Assembly: GCA_963703955.1 (NCBI GenBank)
Contig: CAVPGK010000011.1
Span: forward strand, 32,001-96,000
DNA: 64,000 nucleotides
Origin: Nitrospirota bacterium
GTDB taxonomy: Bacteria; Nitrospirota; Nitrospiria; Nitrospirales; Nitrospiraceae
Direction: 5' to 3'
Both the position numbers and the translations under genes were made by a program. A model generated the notes under the pieces. The model worked only from the letters and a program-made list of their open reading frames with translations, was not told the origin of the DNA and made no database searches. Of the stretch, positions 21,773 to 32,081 are shown piece after piece; position 1 is the stretch's first letter, and each line of letters begins with the position of its first letter.

Positions 21773-21830
21773 CGGTCAGCTCCTTGCCGTGCGAGCGAGT
21801 GAGCATGATCAACGCCGTCCGTCGATCACT

Positions 21831-22196
21831 TCATGGAATGCCTAGGACTTCTCTCGCATCATAGTACATCAACCCGTCCGAGGACTTCCGTCCCTTGAAC
21901 AGCAGAAGCGTCACCGACACGCTTCGCTGATACGTCAGCGCATCAAATCTCTGCCCCATCACAAAGGAATCGTAACCCTCTCGGAGGGTGACCTCCGCGC
22001 AGCGCCTGTGCAGAAACTCATCAAGCGCCGTCTGTGAAGTAAAAGGACTCACGCGATATTCGACCCGAAAGGTATCCTCTTTCAGTTGAGTGATCTGCTC
22101 AGCAGGCGCCTCGTCCAACGGCTGATACCGTGTGGTCGCGCAACTCTGCAGCAAGAGAATTAGGCTTAACTGGACCAGTCGAAGCGTGACAGGCAT
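21831..22196 (-). CDS. small lipoprotein
   Basis: Lipobox LQSC; RRCAEVTLREGYDSF pattern. Confidence 0.75.
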   Translation of the reverse strand: MPVTLRLVQLSLILLLQSCATTRYQPLDEAPAEQITQLKEDTFRVEYRVSPFTSQTALDEFLHRRCAEVTLREGYDSFVMGQRFDALTYQRSVSVTLLLFKGRKSSDGLMYYDAREVLGIP

Positions 22197-22355
22197 CTTC
22201 CTAGCCTCAGGATCATCCCATTAAGCAACATGATTTCCGCCAATGGCCAGGAGTGGAACGCGTTTTTACTCCTCCCGCAGAATGCTAAAGAACTTTCAGG
22301 AATCCTTAGCGCGCAAGAGACGAACTTGGAGGATTCCGATATACCGTAGAGAGCT

Positions 22356-22914
22356 TTAGTCTCTGCCGACCCACCACGGCAAGTCCTGTCCAAACTTAAC
22401 AGCCCGTTCCTTCGCCAAACGATCACGTTGTTGAATGCGGCTCACAACGTACGCAACGGCTTCGCCGTCTGTCATTATCTGGATACCCCTGCGCTTCAGC
22501 TCTTCCCTCTTACCAATAATTCCACCTGGTTGACGCTTTGATCCCCCATCATTGGTCACAAGGATTGTCTGATACTTTCCTGCCGTGAAGACTATACTAG
22601 CATCGTTGCGTTCCGACTCTGACTTTGCGCCGTTGGGGAATAGAATTCTTTCTATTTCTTGAAGTTCTTGTCGTTCGTTTTCCGTCGTGGCAAGCGGAGA
22701 AGAGTAGATATACTCTGAGCGCTTTGGAACTCCGGTGAGCATCGTTACCACTGGTCGCCTCGTTTAGTGCTGGCTGGGACATCTCGATTGAAATCACCTC
22801 ATCATCATGCCACTTTTCCAACCTATTCATGTTTTCGAGGGTGCCACGCGCATTAATTCGGTTTGTATCTATATGAAAGGCAAGATCGGCTATCCTTCGA
22901 TTGATGGCGTTCAA
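22356..22914 (-). pseudogene. PIN-like domain protein; +1 frameshift near 22716 and start separated from its RBS by IS3
   Basis: Joined frames give FHIDTN...NDASIV...ILVTNDG, resembling PIN acidic motifs. Confidence 0.55.
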
Positions 22915-22916
22915 AG

Positions 22917-24160
22917 TGGGCTGCTGCCGGTGTGGTTGACACCCGCTTACGCTACTCCGGCCTTCATTTCGAACTCCATCGGGCTGAGATACCCCAGCGT
23001 GGAGTGCCGCCGCGTCGGATTGTAGAAACGTTCGATGTAATCGAACACGTCGGCCCTCGCCTGGGCTCGCGTGCGGTATGTCTTAGCTGCCGTGCGTTCG
23101 GTTTTTAGTGAGGAGAAGAAGCTCTCCATTGCCGCATTGTCCCAGGCGTTGCCGGCCCGGCTCATGCTACAGGTGACGCCGTGGTCGGCCAAGAGCCGCT
23201 GGAAAGGCTCACTCGTGTACTGGCTGCCTGGATCAGAGTGATGCAGCCCGGTCTCGGGCTTCCCCCGCCGCCAGAGCGCCATCACGAGCGCATCGGTGAC
23301 GAGTTGCGCGGTCATTGTCGCACTCATGGACCAGCCGACCACCCGTCGCGAAAAGAGATCGATGACGGCGGCGACGTAGAGCCACCCTTCGGCGGTCCAG
23401 AGATAGGTGAAGTCCGCAACCCATTTGCGGTTCGGCGGACGAGGCGTCAAAGGACCGGTTGAGCACATTCGGCGGCCAGGGCGTTCGTCGAGTGCACGGC
23501 CGTCTCGGCGGGCACCCGACGCCGTCTAGGACGTGCGCGCAAGGCCGTTGCCGCATCAGCCGCTCGATCCGATGAAGGCCGCAGGCGATTCCCTCCGCGA
23601 GCAGGTCGTGCCAGACACGTCGAGCCGCCGTAGGTGCGGTCGCTGGTGAGGAAGCTGGCCCGGACTCTGGCGCCGCAGCGCTCGTCGGGCGAGCGCGAGG
23701 ACTGGGCGGACGAGTCAGCCAGGCATAGAAGCCCCCCCGCGAGACACCGAGCGCCTCGCACAACCACGCCGGCCGGCCAGATCCCCCGGTGCTTCGCGAT
23801 GAAGGCGAACTTCACAGCGACTCCTTCGCGAAGTAGGCCGCGGCTTTTTTTCAAGATGTCCCGCTCGGCCTTGAGCTTGGGCACTTCGCGGCGGAGCCGC
23901 GCGATCTCAAGCTGATCGGGCTTCATCTGCCCCTGGCCAGGGAAGGCATGCTGCGGATCGGCTGCATCTCTGCACCCAGCGCCAACACCGTGCTATGCAC
24001 GCCCAAATCGCGCGCGGCTTGCGCCACGGTCACCCCGCGTTCCCTGATCAGCTTGACGGCCTCAACTTTGAACTCCCGCGTAAACTTCCGTCGCTCCATG
24101 GCTCACCTCCGGTTTCATCCATACACCTAACTCGGTGTCTTTGAAACCGGCAGCAGCCCA
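22917..24160 (-). mobile_element. IS3-family insertion sequence, 1244 bp, 3-bp target duplication AAG
   Basis: TG...CA ends; IRs TGGGCTGCTGCCGGT..GACACC at both ends; AAG flanks at 22914-22916 and 24161-24163. Confidence 0.95.
22947..24099 (-). CDS. IS3 transposase OrfA/OrfB (DDE), several frameshifts
   Basis: OrfA MERRKFTREFKVEAVKL; OrfB WVADFTY, IDLFSRRVVGW, HHSDPGSQY, DNAAMESFFSSLKTE. Confidence 0.92.
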
Positions 24161-24252
24161 AAGGCCTCCCTCCCGCAATAGCTCGGTTCACCAATCTCCT
24201 GTCTGCACTGTACCACTAGCTCCGTTTTTCTAGCTTCACTTTGCTCTAGGTG

Positions 24253-24417
24253 AGGCCCTACTGCGCGCGTCCATTACACCCACCCACCCCAAGCCTGCCA
24301 AGACAGGCTTTCTTCCCGTGGGACGTGCCCCTTTTTTCTTCACCCGCCCACCATGGGCTCGCCGAGACGAGCCTCTCCCAAGGCGAGCACCCTGCGAGCG
24401 TGCGCGTTCTGCGAGCA
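24253..24417. repeat. REP/MITE-like intergenic repeat (long form)
   Basis: Shares CTACTGCGCGCGTCCA and GCGCGTT..GCGAGCA ends with the element at 24577-24671. Confidence 0.6.
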
Positions 24418-24445
24418 ACTGAGACCGACCTGGCTATCCCATGTC

Positions 24446-24514
24446 CTAGACGATCAAATGCTGTTTCACCTGTTCCGCGCTCAATTCCGATGTCTTGCCC
24501 GTCGCCACCACCGC
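24446..24514 (-). repeat. diverged duplicate of the last 23 codons of urtE
   Basis: 58/69 nt identical to 24689-24757; encodes AVVATGKTSELSAEQVKQHLIV*. Confidence 0.9.
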
Positions 24515-24576
24515 TCTTCTCTTGTTCTTTTCCTCAGTTCTCCATCACTCACAACGGGCAAGGCACCTATTTTTGA

Positions 24577-24671
24577 CGGAGTGGCTGGGTCAGGCTCTAC
24601 TGCGCGCGTCCAACGAGGGCCTTCTGAGGCCGCGCGTTGCGCGAGCACGGAGTCTGACCCAGTCGCTCCGT
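24577..24671. repeat. REP-like hairpin element downstream of urtE
   Basis: ACGGAGTGGCTGGGTCAGGCTC / GAGTCTGACCCAGTCGCTCCGT form 22-nt inverted arms around a GC-rich core. Confidence 0.7.
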
Positions 24672-24688
24672 CTCCGACTATCCTGTCT

Positions 24689-25399
24689 TCAAACCACCAA
24701 ATGCTGCTTCACTTGCTCCGCGCTTAACTCCGATGTCTTGCCCGTTGCCACCACCGCCCCTTTGGCCATAATCACGTAGGTGTCCGCGAGTCGCGCGGCG
24801 AATTGAATGCCCTGTTCCACCAGCAGGATCGCGAACTGTCGCTGGGTCTTGAACCCGATGATGACTTCCTCGATGTGATCCACGATCGAGGGTTGGATGC
24901 CTTCCGTCGGCTCATCGAGCAACAATAGCTTTGGTTTCGCTAGCAGCGCCCGGGCGATCGCCAATTGCTGTTGCTCACCTCCGCTCAGCACCCCGCCCGG
25001 GCGTTCCAGCAGCACCGTCAACCTGGGAAAGAGTACAAACACTTCCTCAAAGGCCGCCTTTTCAGAAACGTGATTCCCCGACGGCGGTCTGGCCTCAAGG
25101 CCAAGCTGCAGATTCTCCCGCACGGTCAGATGGGGAAAAATTTCTCGCCCTTGCGGCACATACGCCAGGCCACGGCGGATTCGACGATCGGGCGTTTCGT
25201 GTGAGATATCGGCGCCGTTGAATTCGATTGTTCCTGTCCGTGATCGCAGGAGTCCCATGATGGTCTTAAGCAGGGTGGTCTTGCCGACACCGTTCCGACC
25301 CATGAGGCAGAGCACCTGCCCCGGCTCGACTTCAAACGTCACATTCCTGAGAATGTGGCTTTCGCCATAGTACACATTCAGGTTATCGAGCCGCAGCAT
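24689..25399 (-). CDS. urtE: urea ABC transporter ATPase
   Basis: GRNGVGKTT, YVPQGREIF, LSGGEQQQLAIARAL and LLDEPTEGIQPSI motifs. Confidence 0.95.
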   Translation of the reverse strand: MLRLDNLNVYYGESHILRNVTFEVEPGQVLCLMGRNGVGKTTLLKTIMGLLRSRTGTIEFNGADISHETPDRRIRRGLAYVPQGREIFPHLTVRENLQLGLEARPPSGNHVSEKAAFEEVFVLFPRLTVLLERPGGVLSGGEQQQLAIARALLAKPKLLLLDEPTEGIQPSIVDHIEEVIIGFKTQRQFAILLVEQGIQFAARLADTYVIMAKGAVVATGKTSELSAEQVKQHLVV

Positions 25400-26168
25400 C
25401 CGCCACCCTTTGCCGCCCCAGATAAATCTCGACCACGCGCGGATCGGACTGAATCGTGTCCACCGGCCCTTCACACAGGACCATGCCTTCGTGCAGCACC
25501 GTGATCGTACGGGCAATCTGTCGCACAAACTCCATGTCGTGTTCAATCACGATGATGGAATGGCGGTCAGCCAGCGACTGCAGCAGCAGGCCTGTCTGCT
25601 CGGTCTCGCGGTCGGTCATCCCGGCGACCGGTTCATCGACCAGGAGCAGGGCCGGATCCTGCAGCAACACCATCCCGATTTCCAGCCACTGTTTCTCCCC
25701 GTGAGAGAGCGCTCCGGCCCGTACCATCGCCTTGTCCGAAAGGCCGATTGTCTCCATCATCGAGCTGATCTGTTGCGCTTCCTCCGCGGTTGGCTTCGAC
25801 CGCAACGTGGCAAGCACCCCCTTGCTGGTCCGGCGGAGCGACAGGTCCAGATTCTCCCAGACAGTCAGGTTGGTGTAGACCGAAGGCGTCTGAAACTTCC
25901 GACCGATGCCCAGCGTCGCGATCTCATGCTCCGGGCGTCCGATCAGATCCGTATCCTTGCCGAAGATCACCCGACCGGCGACAGGCATCACCTTTCCGGA
26001 GATCACATCCAGCAGCGTGGTTTTACCGGCGCCGTTGGGTCCGATCACGACCCGGAGTTCACGATAATCGACGATGAAGTTCAGATTACGGAGGGCCTTG
26101 AACCCGTCAAAATCGACGGTGACGCCTTCCAGGTAGATTATTGAGCCGCGTTCCGTAGAACCGGTCAC
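25383..26168 (-). CDS. urtD: urea ABC transporter ATPase
   Basis: V.FDGFKAL, GPNGAGKTT, GIGRKFQTP and LSHGEKQWLEIGM motifs; GTG start overlaps the urtC stop. Confidence 0.95.
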   Translation of the reverse strand: MTGSTERGSIIYLEGVTVDFDGFKALRNLNFIVDYRELRVVIGPNGAGKTTLLDVISGKVMPVAGRVIFGKDTDLIGRPEHEIATLGIGRKFQTPSVYTNLTVWENLDLSLRRTSKGVLATLRSKPTAEEAQQISSMMETIGLSDKAMVRAGALSHGEKQWLEIGMVLLQDPALLLVDEPVAGMTDRETEQTGLLLQSLADRHSIIVIEHDMEFVRQIARTITVLHEGMVLCEGPVDTIQSDPRVVEIYLGRQRVADAAAR

Positions 26169-27301
26169 GAGGTTGCCACCTTCTTGGAAAGACCCGGCCA
26201 ACGGAACTGCCGACCGCCGCTGAGCTTTCGAACGAGGCCAACAAACCCCTCGGGAAAGAGGAGCACCACCGCCACAAAGAGTCCTCCGAGGAAGAAGGGC
26301 CACAGGTCGGGGAAATGATTGGTCAACACGCTTCGCGCCCAATTGACTCCAATGGCCCCGAACACCGCGCCGACAAGGGTCCCGCGGCCGCCGACCGCGA
26401 CCCAGATGACCATTTCCAGTGATGGGAGCACGCCGATCTGACTCGGGGTGATGATGCCGACCTGAGGCACATAGAGCGCGCCGGCCAAACCGGCCAACGC
26501 GGCTGAGACGACAAAGACGAAGAGCTTGTAATTGGAAGGAGAGTACCCTGAAAAGAGCACCCGCTGCTCGCTGTCCCGGATGGCCACCAGAACCTTTCCG
26601 GCGCGCGACCGAGTAATCCAGCGGCACACGAAATAAGCCATTCCCAGGCAGAGGACGGTCACGACGTAGAGTGTACGTTGAGTGCCCGAGTCGCTCAGGC
26701 GGAAGCCGAGTATGGTTTTGAAATCGGTCAGCCCGTTCGTGCCGCCTAGGTTGGTCTCATTTCGATTGAAGACCAGCCAGGCGGACAGCGCCAATGCTTG
26801 AGTGATAATGGCGAAGTAGACCCCTTTGATCCGACTGCGGAAGGCGAGGAATCCAAAGATCGTCGCAAAGAGCGTGGGGATCAGGATCGCCGCGGCAAGA
26901 GAGAACCCAAAGCTATAAAAGGGTTTCCAAAAAAACGGGAGCTTCTTGACTTGATTCCATACCATGAAATCCGGCAGGGCGCTTCCATACACACTTTCGG
27001 TTCCGATCGACAACATGAGATGCATGCCGATTGCATAGGCGCCCAACCCGAAAAAAACTCCGTGGCCGAGGCTCAGGATCCCCGTGTAGCCCCAGATCAG
27101 ATCGAGTCCCAGCGCCAAGATGGCAAAGGCGAGAAACTTCCCGAATCGGTTCAACGTAAAATCGGAAACATGGAGCCAGGAGTCCGGCGAGGGCATGACG
27201 TTAAGGAGCGGCATGCCCATGAGAAGAACCAAGCCGACCACCCAGAAGGTAAGACTTTCGCCTCGCTCACCGCCATGCCCGTTATCTCGCCAGACGTTCA
27301 T
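26165..27301 (-). CDS. urtC: urea ABC transporter permease
   Basis: DLIWGYTGILSLGHG, RSRIKGVYFAIITQAL, GGTNGLTDFK and VAVGGRGTL motifs. Confidence 0.95.
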   Translation of the reverse strand: MNVWRDNGHGGERGESLTFWVVGLVLLMGMPLLNVMPSPDSWLHVSDFTLNRFGKFLAFAILALGLDLIWGYTGILSLGHGVFFGLGAYAIGMHLMLSIGTESVYGSALPDFMVWNQVKKLPFFWKPFYSFGFSLAAAILIPTLFATIFGFLAFRSRIKGVYFAIITQALALSAWLVFNRNETNLGGTNGLTDFKTILGFRLSDSGTQRTLYVVTVLCLGMAYFVCRWITRSRAGKVLVAIRDSEQRVLFSGYSPSNYKLFVFVVSAALAGLAGALYVPQVGIITPSQIGVLPSLEMVIWVAVGGRGTLVGAVFGAIGVNWARSVLTNHFPDLWPFFLGGLFVAVVLLFPEGFVGLVRKLSGGRQFRWPGLSKKVATS

Positions 27302-27379
27302 TCTTAAATACTTACGCTCTGATGTTGAGGTTCAGGCTGAGGTTGAGCTTGAGCAAGATTGTGCTCAGGCAGAGCCTTA

Positions 27380-28918
27380 CTACCCCTCGGCATGACGCCC
27401 TTTGATGGCAAAGAGTCCGGATGGACGGCGTTGGAGGAAAAGGATCACAAGGATCAAGATCAGCACCTTCCCATAGACGGCGCCGAAGCTCGGCTCCAGA
27501 AGCTTGTTCAACCCACCGATACCTAACGACGCCACGATAGTGCCCGCCAGCTTGCCGACGCCGCCGGTGACGACGACCATGAAGGAATCCACAATGTAGT
27601 TCTGGCCAAGACCGGGTTCGACATTCCCGACCAGCGTGAGGGCGCAACCGGCCAACCCCGCCAACCCTGAACCGAAGGCAAAGGTATATGCGTCCACTCG
27701 ACGGGTTGCAATACCCAGGCAGGCGCTCATATCTCGGTTCTGCATGACCGCCCGCACCCGGAGCCCGACACGCGATCGAAAGAGAAGTAAATAGATTCCG
27801 ACGACGCAAATCACCGCCAGCCCGATGATGAAAAGCCGGTTATACGGGAGCTGCACCCCAACCATGACCTGCGCCCCCCCGCTTAACCAACTGGGCGCGG
27901 CAACCGAGGTGAGGTCTCCGAACCAGACCCGGGCCGCCTGGATCAGAATCAAGCTCACTCCCCAGGTGGCAAGCATCGTTTCTAAGGGGCGGCCGTAAAG
28001 AAACCGAATGATCGTCGCTTCGAGCAGAAGTCCGAACAGACCCGCCGCCAGAAATGAGCAGGGCATGGCCGCAAGGAAGTAGTAATCGAAGAGGCTGGGC
28101 TGAAAATGCGCCTTAAATACCTCCTGCGTCAGGAAGGTGGCATAGGCGCCCACCATCATCAGTTCGCCATGTGCCATGTTGATTACGCCCATTAGACCGA
28201 AAACGATGGCCAAGCCCAAGGCCATAAGCAAGAGAATGGAGCTGAGACTGATTCCCCGGAACACGGTCTCGATCGCGCCGGTCCAGGTTCCCCAGACTTC
28301 GATCCGCTCAATCGCTTCGCGCGCTGCCTGGGTGACAAGCTGTGCGGACTGATCCTCTCCATGATCTTTGGTTGCTGCCAACTCTTTGAGCGCGGGGATT
28401 GCATTTTGACTGTGAAGTTCCCCGAGTTTGGCGGCCGCCGCCGCCTTCATGGCGCGGTCGTCACTCGACAGGTTAATGAGGTTGATGGATTCTTCGATCG
28501 TATAGCGCGCCCAGCGATCCGACTCATGCTGAAGGGCCGCTTCCAGCCACGGGACGGCGACCGGCTTGCCTAACGTACCGAGATCCGTAGCGGCCGAACG
28601 GCGTTGATCGGCATCCGCGCCGGTGAGCTTGACCTTGTTCCTGAGAAGGTCGATGACCGGCTTCATCAGGACGCGGACGCTTCGGTCCGCATTGGCACGA
28701 AACTCTTCGAGTCTCGGCAGCAGATTGGGATCATCAGCGACGATCAAGCTGTTGATCGCCGCTTCTTGAATTGCGGGATCATCACTCGACAGATTCGCCA
28801 GGGCTCGCTCTACCGAGGACGGCGGAGGGGACGCAATAGCCCCCTCCGCCGCGATAACATTGCTCGCGCCCACGAGCGTCGAAGCGAAGACCACTGAGGC
28901 CAATAAGACATGTCTCAT
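27380..28918 (-). CDS. urtB: urea ABC transporter permease with N-terminal HEAT-like domain
   Basis: GLAIVFGLMGVINMAHGE, LYGRPLETMLATWG and IVDSFMVVVTGGVG motifs. Confidence 0.95.
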   Translation of the reverse strand: MRHVLLASVVFASTLVGASNVIAAEGAIASPPPSSVERALANLSSDDPAIQEAAINSLIVADDPNLLPRLEEFRANADRSVRVLMKPVIDLLRNKVKLTGADADQRRSAATDLGTLGKPVAVPWLEAALQHESDRWARYTIEESINLINLSSDDRAMKAAAAAKLGELHSQNAIPALKELAATKDHGEDQSAQLVTQAAREAIERIEVWGTWTGAIETVFRGISLSSILLLMALGLAIVFGLMGVINMAHGELMMVGAYATFLTQEVFKAHFQPSLFDYYFLAAMPCSFLAAGLFGLLLEATIIRFLYGRPLETMLATWGVSLILIQAARVWFGDLTSVAAPSWLSGGAQVMVGVQLPYNRLFIIGLAVICVVGIYLLLFRSRVGLRVRAVMQNRDMSACLGIATRRVDAYTFAFGSGLAGLAGCALTLVGNVEPGLGQNYIVDSFMVVVTGGVGKLAGTIVASLGIGGLNKLLEPSFGAVYGKVLILILVILFLQRRPSGLFAIKGRHAEG

Positions 28919-28986
28919 TGGGATTGGCTGATGCTTCTATATCCCCGAGGGTGCGCGAGCACAGGGGGCAGTGCGGTCGTCCCCGC

Positions 28987-30345
28987 CTACGCCTTCTTCT
29001 GATACGTTCCCTGGTGCTTAATCCAATCGCACCCTTTGTCTGGGTTCGTGTACTCACTCCATGGTTCAGGCTTTACCAATCCTTTCGATCGCGACACCAC
29101 TTTGAATTGGCCGTCTTTGAGAATTTCGCCGATCAGCACCGGCTTATGGGTGTGGTGATTGGCCTCATCCATCTTGATCTTTCCGCCCGGCGCGAGAAAT
29201 TCCTGTCCGTATACCGCCTTCCGAACCGCATCCACATCGGTCTTGCCGGCTTTCTCCACAGCCTGCTTCCACACGTAGACGCCAAAATACGCCGCTTCAA
29301 TCGGATCGTCTGTCACGCGCTTTTCGCCGTCCGGCAGGTTACTTTTCTTGCAATAGGCTTTGAAGTTGGCGACGAACTGTTTGTTCTGCGGCGTATCGAC
29401 GCTTTGGTAATAGTTCCAGGCGGCCAGATGTCCGACCAGCGCGGTCGTATCCATGCCCCGCAATTCGTCCTCAGCCACGCTGAAGGCCATGATGGGCGCG
29501 TCTTCGGCGCGCAACCCTTGGTTGGCGAACTCCTTGTAGAACGGCACATTGCTGTCGCCGTTAATCGTGCTGATCACACACGCGCCGCCGCCGGCTGCGA
29601 ATTTCTTGATCTTGCCGACGATTGTTTGATAATCCTGATGATGGAACGGCGTGTACTCCTCCATGATGTTGGCCTCCGGCACTTTCTTCGCCAGCAGCAT
29701 CGCTCGCAGAATCTTGTTCGTCGTGCCTGGGATAGACATAGTCGGTCCCCAACAGATAGAACTTCTTGTGGTCCGCCGCCCTCCTTGCTCATGAGATACT
29801 CCACCGCCGGGACGGCCTGCTGGTTTACCGCCGCGCCGGTATAGAAGACATTGCGTGAGCATTCCTCGCCTTCGTACTGGACGGGGTAGAACAGCAGGCC
29901 GTTGTTCTTCTCGAAGACCGGGAGCACAGACTTCCGGCTGACCGAGGTCCAGCAGCCGAAGACGACCGCCACCTTGTCCTGAAGCAACAGCTGCTTGGCC
30001 TTTTCGGCAAACAGGTCCCAATTCGACGCGGGATCCACTACCACCGGTTGGATCTTGCGGCCCAGTAGCGCCGCCTTTTGCGTTGATCTCTTCGACCGCC
30101 ATCAGCACGACATCGCGCAAGGACACCTCGCTGATCGCCATGGTGCCGCTCAAGGAATGCAAGACGCCGATCTTGATCGGGTCCTTGTCGGCCGCATACG
30201 AAAGTGCCCAATTGCCGAGGTTGCCTAGGAGAGCCGCCACACCGAACCCGGCGGCGGCCTTCGTGCTGTTTGTCAAAAACTGGCGCCGCGATTGATTGCT
30301 GTCGTTTTCTTCCTTCGGGATACTGTTTGATCCAATCGGTTTCAT
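28987..30345 (-). CDS. urtA: urea ABC transporter substrate-binding protein (internal compensating frameshifts)
   Basis: [58 protein letters not shown]; Tat-like SRRQFL. Confidence 0.95.
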   Translation of the reverse strand: MKPIGSNSIPKEENDSNQSRRQFLTNSTKAAAGFGVAALLGNLGNWALSYAADKDPIKIGVLHSLSGTMAISEVSLRDVVLMAVEEINAKGGATGPQDPTGGSGSRVELGPVCRKGQAAVASGQGGGRLRLLDLGQPEVCAPGLREEQRPAVLPRPVRRRGMLTQCLLYRRGGKPAGRPGGGVSHEQGGRRTTRSSICWGPTMSIPGTTNKILRAMLLAKKVPEANIMEEYTPFHHQDYQTIVGKIKKFAAGGGACVISTINGDSNVPFYKEFANQGLRAEDAPIMAFSVAEDELRGMDTTALVGHLAAWNYYQSVDTPQNKQFVANFKAYCKKSNLPDGEKRVTDDPIEAAYFGVYVWKQAVEKAGKTDVDAVRKAVYGQEFLAPGGKIKMDEANHHTHKPVLIGEILKDGQFKVVSRSKGLVKPEPWSEYTNPDKGCDWIKHQGTYQKKA

Positions 30346-30373
30346 TGTCTTGTCCCTTTCTTGTCTACAGATT

Positions 30374-30501
30374 ACAAGATGCTCAAGACGCACCTACCAA
30401 CGAGGCCGCAGGCGGAGTCAAAACCGGAGGCGTACCTCGGGGGTACGTTGAGGATTTTGCCGAGCCGAGAACGAAGTTGGAGGCCGTTTTTAGCATCTTG
30501 T
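30374..30501. repeat. MITE-like element between the porin gene and urtA
   Basis: Terminal inverted repeats ACAAGATGCT / AGCATCTTGT; internal CGTACC..GGTACG hairpin; no coding role evident. Confidence 0.65.
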
Positions 30502-32027
30502 CAAGAAGTTGTACCAGAAGGAGAGCATATAGTTATCTCCAGCAAACTTCTGCCCGTTCGACCATTCAGTCCATACATAGTTCCATTCGAGTCCGGTGTA
30601 GAAGTCCGCCCACACATGATATATTCCCGACAGATAGGTTCGTTGGTTAATCAAATATTGTTGGTCCGCCGGGATGCCTCCTGCGGCAGCGCCTGCCAAA
30701 TCCGAATTGAGAGGATTGTCGAAACCATAGCCGGCGAGGAACGTAAAGTCTGATGAATGGGCGTAGCTGAACTGCGCGCCGGCCAACCATGGTGCGAACC
30801 GGCAGCCCGGTGATCAGGTTCAGGCTTTGCGCATAGCGAAAGAACTCCACATCGAGCGCCTGGCCATAAGCGATCTCTCCGGAGAACTTCACCTTCTTCG
30901 TAATCGGAACAACCAGCTCCCCGCCGACGACATACGAATTGATGTCGTTGCCTGACGGAAGGAGCGGAACGCCGGTCAGAGATGTTGCAGCCGGTGAAAC
31001 CGGAGCAGAACGGTAGTACCGGTAGGCCGCACTGACAGCTATCGAAAACCCTTGCAATGATCCCGTTCCTCCCGTAGGCTAGCCGAGCGCCGGCGTACGG
31101 CATCTTGACCGGATCATTGAACGCGTTCTCCGAGCAAGTAAAGTTGGAAGGTTGACCACTGCACGTACCGCTGAAGGCGCCGGCGCCATGGCCGGTAAAC
31201 GGTTGCCGCTGCGTGTAGGGATTGATGGCCGACAGACCGCGCTCAAACCGAAATGCGGTCAGCAGTCCCTTCAATATTGTCCGTGAAACTATGGCGAACG
31301 GTGACCTCGTGGAAGGCGCTGCCACAGATTTCCACCGTACCCCATGATTGAGAAGTCGATGAGGTCCGGGTGCAGCGCCATGACCGGCGTCCAGTCTTGG
31401 CCGACGGTCAGACTCGTACGTTTGTAGGCGTATGAGGCGTTTGCCAGACGAAGACGTGGCGGGAGGTTCCGGCGTTGTCGTCTGTCCGTAGAAGTCGATT
31501 TCGACGACGCCTTTCAAAGTATGCACGTCGTCCGTTCGAGCCGCGCGAATACCAAGGACGCTGTATCGAGGGTTAAGGGTGCTTGAAGAATTGCTGCTCT
31601 GACCGGCCGCTGTGGCGTATCCATTGAACTGTCCTGGATCGAGGGGGTTCATGTTTCGGTTGCTGTAAATGGCATCTAGCTCGACCCGTCCATACGGCGT
31701 GATGCTGCCCTTGGGGCTCTCCGCCGGAGTCGGGACCTGCTGCTGCCGGGTCACCCGGCCAGCTCCTTCCGCCTCGCTCGCCTTAGGGGTGACGACACCC
31801 GTCTCGCCCACCTCCTCACCGACCTGTTTCATCTGCTCAGCTTTTTCCTTAGGCGTGATCTCACCGAATTCCTCCTTCTGCTGTCGTATAACCCGACCGC
31901 CTCCTTCCTCCTGGCCCGCCGGTTCCTGTGCGAGAACCGACCGGATGGGGTACGTCGAATTCAGCCCCAGAACTACTCCAAGGACAAGCAATACGAGGCT
32001 CTCGCTCTTTTTCCTACATGTCCTCAT
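30490..32027 (-). CDS. DcaP-like outer-membrane porin leading the urt operon (several frameshifts)
   Basis: Signal peptide; TPYGRVELDAIY and GVVEIDFYG; beta-strand pattern ending ..SFWYNF; GGAGG RBS. Confidence 0.7.
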
Positions 32028-32081
32028 CCGATGCCTCCGTTGTGTCAGACGAAGTGTTGTGTGCGGCTGGACCTCAGGGCG

